A stretch of DNA of 49,313 bases from Nanobdellota archaeon. Its GTDB lineage: Archaea; Nanobdellota; Nanobdellia; Woesearchaeales; JBHPGL01. The position numbers were made by a program, and so were the translations under genes. The DNA lies in assembly GCA_042570655.1 (NCBI GenBank), contig JBHPGL010000001.1, positions 1-49,313 of the forward strand. Direction: 5' to 3'. This document shows positions 30,301 through 42,300 of the stretch, in pieces. Under the pieces are notes generated by a model. It made no database searches, was not told where the DNA came from, and saw only the letters and a list, made by a program, of their open reading frames with translations. The number at the start of each line of letters is the position of its first letter. Positions within the stretch are counted from its first letter, which is position 1.

Positions 30301-33300
30301 TTTCCCAGGTTGCACCACCTGCATCACCTGGACCGAAATGATAATCCCATTTTATTAAAGCTTGTTCGTTACCTGCACCAAAGTCTAATTGTAAATATTT
30401 ACCACGTAAAGCTTGATCTGTATTGAAACCATAGGTATTTATATCGCCATCAAGTAGATTTGCAGCAATCCAATCACCTAAACCATCGTGCCCAATCATT
30501 GAAGGTGCCAATTCAACTTTTTGTGATGACACATAAACTTTCATTTCTGTATGGTGAACTCCTGATTCAGGTGCAGCGATTTGGACTGTTCTCCAATATC
30601 TATGAGCACCTACATCATTCCAGGTAATGGTATGCCAACCTTCTGTTGTTACAACAAAATTAGTAGCTGCAACATGCCAATTAGATCCGTCATCTGAATA
30701 TTTGATTTCCCAGGTTGCACCACCTAAATCGCCAGTACCAAAATAATAGTCCCATTGTATTAAGGCTTGTTCATTACCTGCACCTAAATCTAATTGTAAA
30801 TATTTACCACGTAAAGTTTGATCTGTATTGAAACCATTTGTATTGGTATCTCCATCTATCAAATTTGCAGCATTAAAATCACCTAACCCATCATTTCCTA
30901 ACATAGAAGGTGTTAAACTTATTTCAGAACCACTTATAATTCTATCACTATCTTCTTGACCTGGATTTGCAATAGTTGGACAATTGTCGTCTACATCATT
31001 AATTCCATCTCCATCATTATCCAAAGAAGGTGCTTGACATACATCATTAGTACATATATTTGTAGTACAATCATTATTAATTATACATGATTGACCTTGT
31101 GAACATTGTCCACATATTAAACCACCACAATCTACATCTGTTTCATCTTGGTTTTGGAAACTATCAGTACAGGATGGAACTAATTCACCTTCTGCATATT
31201 CTGAGAAGTGTGTTGTAGTAAATGTCATTGTTCCTGCAACTGGATCAACTGTAACAGGAGTGTCTGTCCATTCTTCCCATGCTGGGGTTGCTTCATTATA
31301 ATATAATACTTTTGGGTTAGGATTTGATATTGGATCATACATTAATGTTATTGTTACTGGACTTAAGAAATTAATTCCATCAGGTGTGAAACTAAATTCT
31401 TTAACTAAACTATATGTTTCAGTTCCTATTGAAATTGAACCTACACCTGGTGACTTTTCTATTGCAATAGGTTTATCTACAGACAATGCATTTGCAGGTA
31501 TTTCCACTTTTGCATTACCAGCATTAATTCCTGTACTTACTGATCCTCCTAAATCTTTATCAACAGGTTTTTGTACAATATTATCACAATCTCCATCACA
31601 AATATCTGGTCCTGGAATACAGTTTAATGATTCCATTGCAGCAGTTGTTGATCTGTCAGCACCAGCTGGAATTTCAACTTCAATTGCATCACCGCCTGCT
31701 TTAATATCATATAAAACACTTCTACCATCAGTTAAAGTTATTGGAATATGTTCATATGTAATATATTTACCATCTATTGGATCTGTTCCTTGTAAATAAG
31801 CCCAATGGCCGCTTGGAGAAGAAATGATTGTTCTTTGTCCGTTTATTAAATTTGTAAATGCTGCAAATGAATCTGATCCTGTATCATAATAATGTGCAAT
31901 TAAATCACCTTCAATTACGTTATCTCCATAAACTTCTTCATAGTCTCCTACTGGAGTTAATACTGTTAATTCTTCTGTTATTAAATCATATACAGCTATT
32001 ACATTATTAAATGTTGCTGTATGCACAAAATTCATAGCAATTTTATCATCTGAGATTGGATAATTTGGATAAGGTGCATAATACATCTGATATCCTGCTG
32101 GAGGAAGTATTTCAACATGTGTTCCTGAATTAATATCATAATATCCTAAATCTGTTTGAGTTTCATAAACAATGATACCATTCTTAACTGCTCCTTTTGG
32201 TAAGTTTATATTTGTCTTTCCTGCTGGAGTAATATCATATGATAATCCAGAAGAGATATCAAAATATCCAATTTTATTTGCTTCTTTAAATGCAATAATA
32301 TCTCCATCAATTGGAGCTATAGTTATACCTGGATTTGTAAATCCTACTGGATGAGGAATATTTAATCCTGTATTTGTAGCAATTTCATATAGAACTAATC
32401 CTCCAAGATGATCATATACTACATAACCATTTTCGATTGAATCTTTAACAATAGATACACCGCCGCCAAAAAGAGGTAGAACCTCATATGTTCCACTTTG
32501 AATATCATATACTGCAGCTGTTCTTGTAACACCGTCCATATAAGTATATAATATATAGTCTCCATCAATATCTCTTGCATCTACATTTGTAGCACCACCT
32601 GGAATAGGTAATTTTGTTGTTAATCCGGTTTCAACATTATAGAATGCACCATGACTTGCTGAAGCATATGTATATTTGAATAAGAAAATTCCATCTTCAT
32701 AATCTTTACCATCCAGATTAGTTGCTGGTAAGTCTGGAATCGGTATATCAATAGGTGTATTTGGAGGATTAATTAAACTAAATCCTGCATCATTCCATGA
32801 AGATAAACCATATTCATAAATTATATTTACACCGCCGTTTAATGATCCTGTACCATCACAGATTCCATCATGATCTGAATCTAATTCTGTTATACAAGCT
32901 GGACAAATATCTCCGCCGCAATCAATATCTTCTTCATCTTGATTTAATATTCCGTCAACACAACTTTCAGGGATTCTGAAGTTGTGGATTGTACCATCAT
33001 AATCTACATATGTATCTGCATCATTTCCGGCACCTAAAGTAGGTGTGTCGCCAACGTTAATACTAGCTGTAGCTCCGTTATTGTTTGGATCAAAATAATC
33101 AAGATTAATATTAACATTTTGTAGCCAACATCCTGCATTTGCATCACTGAATTTTAACCTTAATGGACCTTCTCCAGTTGGTAAAGTTAATGGAGCTGGA
33201 TCATCTGCATATACTATTCCTGCCATTCCTGCATGATAAAAATAACCATATTGTACTGCTCCTAAATCATCATTTCTTAAATAGATTTTCCATGAAGCAC

Positions 33301-36300
33301 AACCGTTTGCAATTGCGTTTGCATTTGTACCTGCTGCTACGTTTACATCTTTTACCCATAATGCTCTACCTGAACTAGGTGTACCTAATCCGAACACTGA
33401 GAAATGTGTTGTTTCAAATGTTAATGTTCCTGCAATATCATCAATTGTAATTGGTGTTTCTAACCATTCCACCCAACCAGGGATTGATGTATCATAATAT
33501 AATACTGCTGGATTTGGATTTGCAACCGGATCATAATGCATTACAACTGTAACTGGTTGTTCAAATGTAATTCCTTCAGGTGAGAATGTATATTCATCTT
33601 CAACTGTAATTGAAGTTGTACCTGAAGCAAATGAACCTGATCCTGGAGTATATTGGATTCCAATATCTGTTTCAGCAGCTAAATCTCCATTATCAAAATT
33701 AATATCTACCTGTTGAGGTGCTGTTCCCTGAGTAATTGATCCACCTGCTGTAGGGATAGAAACTTGTGATGCATCTCCTGCACAATTATTACCTGAACTT
33801 CCAGCACATAAATCACAAACATCACCAACACCATCAGTATCTGTATCTGTTTGACCCACATTTGAATCAACAGGACAATTATCTGTAGTATCTGGTACTG
33901 TATCATCGTCATCATCATTATCACAAGCATTACCTATACCGTCGCTATCTGTATCTGCTTGACCTGAATTTGCAACATAAATACAATTGTCAACCAATGC
34001 ATTTATTCCGTCACAATCATTATCATTAGCACAAGCTGGTGCTGGTGCTGAAGATGATAGTAAATTAGCAATATCTACTACACCATAAGCAATATCATCA
34101 TTATTATCAAATATTTTAGGTTCAATTATTAATAAGTCAGTTGTTCCCCACCAATTTGATCTTGCATTAACATCTGCTGGTTGACCATTAAATAAATTCA
34201 TATAACCATTACTATGTAAATTATTATAAGAAATAATATTGTCTGATGAACTTATACCTAAGTTTTCATATAAAGCAATACCTCTATTTAAACCAATTAG
34301 ATTATTATAATCAATTATATTATTACTAGAAGATCTAAAGTAAATACCATCCGCATTAGCGTGATTACTATTTATTGTATTTCCTCTTATTAAATTATTA
34401 TCAACACCGTCGTATAATTCCATTCCTTTATAGAAATTGTTAATTTCGTTATTTTGAATCTGTGAATTTATTATATAACTATACCAAATTCCAACATCTA
34501 CATAAGCAGAAGTTCCGACAAAATTAATAACGTTATCTTCAACAATATGGTTGCCTCTAATATTACCGCTATTAGCTGATAAAGAGATTCCATGCGCTCT
34601 CTTTACATTAATTACGTTATTATTAATATTTGCACCATTCACTGTATTAATCATAATTCCTTTTCCAAAATTGTCAATTACACAATTTTGAATTGTGAAA
34701 TTATCTCCATAAACTAACAGAGCTGCGTCATTATTTCCACCATCACCGCTAATAGTATGACCTTGACAATCTAATACACTATTTTCAGCATAAATATCTA
34801 AACAATATTCTGTTGTTGATATATCGCTATCTAAATAATAAATAGTATTATCGTCGTGAAGATAATTACCAAAACCGCAATCTGCTACAGCATCACCTAT
34901 ACAAACAATGTCGTTATTATCAGTATAACCGCTACAATCATTATCTATTCCATCATCACATGTTGTTTCGGTTGCTTCGTAATTTGGACTGCCTGAACAA
35001 GGTTTACAATAACCGCCTGCACCCATGTCACAGAATAAACCTATGTTACATTCTGAATCATCAGTACAAGGTTCGTCAATCATTGCTGCTCCATATGTTG
35101 AGAAATGGGTTGTTGTGAATTTTAACTGACCATCTGTTCCTTTATCTACAGCTGATTCTACCCAAAGTTCCCATTCTAGTGATACATCATTATAATAGAA
35201 TACATCTATATCTGCTGGTTGTATTGTTGGGAAATCATAATATAGAATTACTTCAACTGGTTGCGCAAAGGCAAGATCTTCTGGAGTAAATGTATATTCA
35301 TCAATTGTAGTAAATTGGTCAGGACCTATCATGAAAGTTGATCCGCCACCATTATATTCTACTCCTATTTGTGAATCGTATTCTAAATCACCATTGTCAA
35401 ATGTTAAATCTACTTGTTGAGGTGCTGTTCCTTGTGAAATTGATCCACCTGTTGTAAGTATTACATCCTGAGATGCTGTTGCTGAACAACCGTCACCTGA
35501 ACTACCTGGACATAAGTCGCAAACATTACCTACTCCATCTGTATCATCATCTTCTTGTAAATTATTTGCATCGTTTGGACAATTATCATACGGATCATAA
35601 TGTCCGTCAAAGTCTGAATCTGGAAGTTCTTGTTCACATCCATCTGCTGGATTTGTGTTTTCATCTGTCCAACCAAAGTCACAGCTGCTAATTGTACAAC
35701 TTCCTGCTGCACATCCTGCTGTTGCATGATTTAAGCTACATACAACTCCTGTTGGAACATCATTTGTTTCTCTTGTATATGTAGTTGCACCTGCACCTCT
35801 ACTAATTGTATATTCTACATCATAATAACCTTGAGTTTTACCTGTAACTGAAACAGTTTTTGATTTTTGTCCTGCTCCTTCTAGATATTCTGCTTCTGCA
35901 TCAATTCCTGTTGATGATGCGCCATTATATACTAATCCGAATGAAACTTCGTTAAATTGACATGAACTTCCTGCTTCATATACTATTTGAAGGTCATCAG
36001 CTGCTGCTGCACTTATAACTACAAAACACATTACTTGTCCATCTATTGTTACTTGAGTACAAGTACCACTACAATCATATCCACGTGGACTATGTGAAAC
36101 ATAATCTCCACCTGAAAAACATTGTCCCATACCGGAATAATCTGGTTCTAAAGCTGCCAATGTAGTTGCACCTGATTTAAATAAATATTGATAATCACCA
36201 CACGAAGGTTTGTTACCTGTTGGAGCAATTATATCATCAACTGAACTAACTTGTAACTTAGCTCCCATTGAAACTGTTTTTGAAGGTAGTTCAACTACCA

Positions 36301-39300
36301 CATTATCTGAAGCGCCGTCAAAGAATGTTATATCTAATGAAGCGTCATTATAAATTACATCTTGATCATCTGCTGCTAATGAAATATATAAGTCTTCAAG
36401 TGCTCCTAATGAATCTTGGTCAACAAACAGAGCTGCTCCACCATTATTTTTAATCACACCTAAGAATTTACCATTTGCAGATTTAATTTTATATTGATAA
36501 TCTAAATTTGTTGGAGTTGTTCCTGTAAATGTTGCATCTGTAATATCTGTTCCTTGAGGTTGATCGATTGATGCACAACCACCACAGTTGTTTACATCTG
36601 TATTTGAATCAACATCACAACCTGTTGCAGGGTTAAAGTCGCAATCTAATAAACCTGCATCACAATCACAAACATTACTACAACCATCTCCACTAATTAA
36701 ATTTGAATCGTCACATTGTTCAAACAATCCACCTTGAATAATTCCGTCACTACATTCTTCAATTAGACATGTTGCTGAACAACCGTCTTCTGCAATTGTA
36801 TTACCATCATCACATGTTTCTGCACATTCAGTTGTTGTATCTCCACAAACATTATCAAGTCTTGTACAATCGCCTTTACAACCATCACAATCAATGTTAT
36901 TACCATCATCACAAGTTTCTGGACCGTTTGTAGTTCCGTCTCCACAACTTTCTGTAGGTACACAAGCGTTCCATCCGTCACATGTTGGATTACATGTTTG
37001 TGATCCTGGATATCCGCCTGTTGTACAACCTTGACTGTCTCCTAATTCACAGACTTCTCCAAGTCCACCTTGAATAATTGAATCTCCACAAACTTCATCT
37101 TTACATGTTGATGAACAACCGTCTTCATTAATTAAATTACCATCATCACATTCTTCACCAATTCCAGCTTGAATTGTTCCATCACTACAAAATTCTATGA
37201 TACATAAATCTGAACAACCATCTCCTGAAATTTGATTACTATCGTCACATTCTTCACCAGGATCTTGAATTCCATTACCACATGCGTCTGCGCATGTCAT
37301 TGGAAGTAAATCATGGCCAAGGTATGGTTCGTAATCGATTAAACCTGGATTTTCTCTCAGTTCGTTTTCAATACTGAATGGACCTGTACAATGTTCAATA
37401 TTAAAATAATTGTTTTCAGCAACAATATTATCTGCTTGTGCATTAAATATATTACCATTATGATGATAAATCTGGTTATATTGTATGGTATTTCCTGTAC
37501 TTGTACTTAACAAATATATACCTGCACTTGGAGCCCATGATGCTGGTGTTGTTCCTGTTGCAGTTATATTGTTATATTCTATTATATTATCTCTGGAACC
37601 TGATAAAGATATTTGTCTACCTACTGAAGAACCATAAGGAACTCCATTATCTATCATTGTATTCGAGATAATAGAGTTATTAATAGCGTTAAACATTTCT
37701 ATTCCCCATTTTGTAGCATTATATATATAGTTATTTTGTATCAAATATCCGTTAGATAAAGTTAATTCTATATTAGTAACTAAGCTATTTAATATCTGAT
37801 TGTTTTGAACGATGTTTGGAACTACATCTATAATATTTCCTGCTCCAGATAAAGCAAGACCAACATTATTATCTTCAAGTAAATTATTTTCAATAACAGT
37901 ATTTCTATCACCATTTAATTCAATTCCTATATCCAAACCTTTCAAATGACAATTCCTTATTGCATTATTTGCAAGTTCAATACGGTTAGATGTTCGTTCT
38001 TTACCATAACTTAAAATACCCACACCTTCAGGTGTTACATGATTAATTTCTTCAATTTTATAATCTTGACAATCTAATGTCAAATCAACACCTTCTAATA
38101 TAATACATTGAGATATAAGATCAGGTGAATCCCAATCAATATTAGCAGTTAAGAATATATCAATATTATCTTGGATAATATGTGTACAACTATTAATGTT
38201 TAAACAATCTACTCCTGGAATTGAATCTGAACCGTCACAATCTTGATCTATTCCATCACCACAATAATCAGTTGCTGTTGGATTAATATTTGGATCTGCA
38301 TCATTACAATCTGTTGTACCTGGATAACCATCATTATCTGCATCACTTGCTTCTGTATATGTTGCACCTAGGAATGGAATAAAGTCAATTGATCCTGTAG
38401 TTGTTGCATCAATTTCAGGTTCTGTTGTTAATCCCCAATAATTGTATTCTGCATCAATTTGCCCAGATAATGTTTCATGTATGTTTTGTGTAACACCTAA
38501 ATAAGTATTATCATAAATATTATTTAAATGAACTTCTGCATCACCTGTATTAATTAAAATTCCTTCAGGTGAATTTTGATAAATGTCGTTCTGGATAATT
38601 TCATTTCCAGTTGAAAATATTAAATAAATTCCTGCATGTTGGCCGTGTGTGCCATTTCCATTATCAAATATTTTATTTAATTCAAATAAATTATTATTAC
38701 TTGATGAAGCAATTATACCTTTATCAGCTGCATTTTTAATTGTATTATTATATATATAATGGTCGTCTTGTCCCATTTGGATATTTTCTCTAAATCCATC
38801 AATAATACAATTTTTAACAGTTGTTCCTGAATTTGAGATTGTTTGAATTCCACCACCTTCACCAGTCAGAGCTGCTGTAATTGTATGGCCTTGACAATCT
38901 AAAACTGCATCATCAGCATAAACTTCAAAACATTGAATTGCATTAACATCATTTTGTAAAGTATATATACCTGTTCCTCCTAATTTTCCGCAAGTTGTAA
39001 TTGGTCCTGGACATAAACTTCCTTCATCAACTGAACCATCACAATTATTATCAAATGTGTCACAATAAACTTCTGGAATACCTATAGATGAACCATCGCC
39101 TGCATCACAGTCGCAAAATGCATTTCCATTTGTAGGATATATGTTTGCATTTATATCATTACAATCAAATGCTCCTAATGGACATTCTGGAACTGAACCT
39201 AAATATTCCATTGAACCATCACAATAATCATCTCCATCATCGTCACAACCTTCGTTAACACTACCATCACAATTGTCATCATAATTTGAGCCATCACATC

Positions 39301-42300
39301 TTTCTGGTTTACCTGGATTAATATTTACAAGTGCATCATTACAATCTATTGGTCCACATGATCCTCCTTCTACATAATAATTATCATTGTCAACATCTGT
39401 ACAACCTACACAAACACTATCTTCATCAACTGAACCATCACAATCATTATCAAGACCGTCACAGATTTCTGCTGAACCTGAACCAATTAACGGATCTGTA
39501 TCATCACAATCATCAATTCCACACGCTGCTCCATTAGTACTAATAGTATCTCCATCACCATCGCTGTCTACACATTGTGGTGTACAATCAATTGAAACAC
39601 CGCCTGGATATGGTAAGTGTAAAAATGGTTCTCTACTAATTACTGTTATATATCTAATATAACTATCAATTGTTGCACAGTCTGTTATTCCCCAATAATT
39701 ATTTTCTGCTGTAAGTTGATTTCCATAAATTGCAGGATCTTGATTGTCTATATGGTATCTTGGTCCTGGTGGAAGAACTGTCCAATCAAAATTATTCTGT
39801 GAAATGTTTGCTCTTGGAGTTTGAGTTAATGTATAAATGCTTCTTTGTTGTGTAATAAAATCATTTCTTAAAATTTGTGCAACTGTATTATCTGGATACA
39901 TTACTGAATGATACCCTCTAAGCATTATACCAGTATTACCTAAACTTGTAGGATGATCGTTAAATATATTGTCAGAGATTTCAGCAATTATATAAAGATC
40001 AATTCCTATATAAGAATCAAAATCATTTCCTGAAATAATGCTGTTTCCATTTGCACCTTTAAGCATATAAATCCCATTATATCCACTATTTTGAGTATAA
40101 TAAGAAGGTGTAAAAGTAAGGAATGAATTATTAATGATTTGGATGTCAGTAATATATCTGTCTGCTGGATCTGATCTTACATATATTCCTCTATAAAAAC
40201 CTGAGATATCACAATTTTTTATTGTTACGTAATCTACATCATCATTGATATCAATTCCAACATCATTTGATGCAGGATCGTTATAAGAACCACCATACCC
40301 ACTTCTATAAGATAAATAAATATTGTTATCTTGACAATCTAGAACAACATTATCTGCTGCAATTGTCATACATGATCTTTTACCCTGAATATCTGCTGAA
40401 ACAGTATAAGTTCCTGGTTGATCTATTAATGTACAATCAACTAAATTGTTACAACCTTCGTCAATTAAACCATTACAATTATCATCAAACACATTTCCAC
40501 AGATTTCTGCTGCACCTGGATTTACTGCGCCTGCATTATCATTACAATCGTTATCACCTAATTTCATCATTGAATTATAACCTGGTCCTCCACAATAACC
40601 GTCTCCATCTTGATCATTATTTAGACTTGAAGGACATTGGTCACAAGCATCGCCAACTCCATCACCTGCTGCTCTTACAAAAATTGAAACTGCGTCAACA
40701 CCATAATATTGATCATAATAAACCCGCCAATTTGTCACATATACTTTTCTACCATTACTATCAACTGCAATCCCTATTGGACCTGTTAATTTATCTTGAT
40801 TTGAACCCCATTGTAAATTACCTTCTTCACCGAATTTTTCAATGAAAGCACCTGTTTTTGTAAATACAAAGATTTTATTTACACCAGCATCTAATGCTTG
40901 ATTGGTATTACCTAAAGCAATATAAACATTGCCAACATCATCAATCGCCATATCTTTTAACATATCATCTGCATTAAGCATTCCTAAAGTACCTGGATTA
41001 TCACCAACTACATCCCATCTAGTAATAAATGTACCTGTTGAATCAAATACATGAACTTTGGAAGAACCGCCATCTAAGATATAAACATTATCATCACTAT
41101 CTAATTCAATATCTTTATAATCGGGGATTTCTCCTAATTTTAAACCAACATTAAAATTCCATTTTGAAATGAAGGTTCCTGTTGAACTAAATTTTTTTAC
41201 TGCTAAATTTGCACTATCTAAAATAATAACATTTCCTAATGAATCTGTAGTAATTCCTGCTGGACTAAATTGGTTATCAGCTGATCCGCATGAACCGAAT
41301 TCTGAATCATAATTTCCATTTGCATCAAAAATAATTACTTTACATGTTGCTGCATCTACAGCATATACATAATTACCTGAAGGACTTACTGCAATTTTAC
41401 CAATACTAGTAAATAAACCATTTCCAAAAGTTATTGCAGATGATCCTCCTAGATTTGTTCTTGTAATCCAATCATTATCATAATCAGTAATATAAACATA
41501 ATCAAGGTTACTTACTACTATACCATATTTTTTACCTGCAACTGGAACGTCTGAATGAATATATGAACCATCACTATCTCTTTGATTTGGGTTTGGATCA
41601 TCAACACAATTATCATTAATATCAACAATACCATCTGAATCTGAATCTAAACAATTTGGATCAAGGTCGCAATTTGAATCAGAACAATCAGAAGTGCTGT
41701 CACAATCATTATCTAATGTATCTGTACATGAAGTTTCAGGAGTTTCTGTTGGTGTTCCTGGTGAACAAGCTGTTTCAACGCCTGCAACACAAGTTGAACC
41801 TGTATTACCTGCTGTACATACACCTGGTAAATAACAAGCTGTGTCTGAAACATAATCTTCATCTGCTGGTCCGTCACAATCATTATCAATATTGTTACAA
41901 GCTGCATCTGGTGCGCCTGGATAAATGGTATTATCGCCATCATTACAATCAACTGGACCGCATGGTCCTCCTGTAATATTATAACCATCAACATCACCAT
42001 CTACACATGTAACTCCTGTTAATGCAACTAAAGAACCGCCAGGATATTGTGAATCATAAACTGGTTCAATATAAACTGTACCTTTTGATGGATCTGTTTC
42101 AGAATCATATATTTTTGGAAGAATATCGTTTCCTGTTGTAGTACCCCAATAATTATGTGAAAAGTTAACATCAGTTGGATTTTCATTGTATACAAGCCAA
42201 TCAATATTAGCATGATCATATAAATTATTATTAATTATATCACCAAAAGTTGAACAATCTCCATAAGCCTGAATAATATATGCCTTAGAAATTGTACCTT

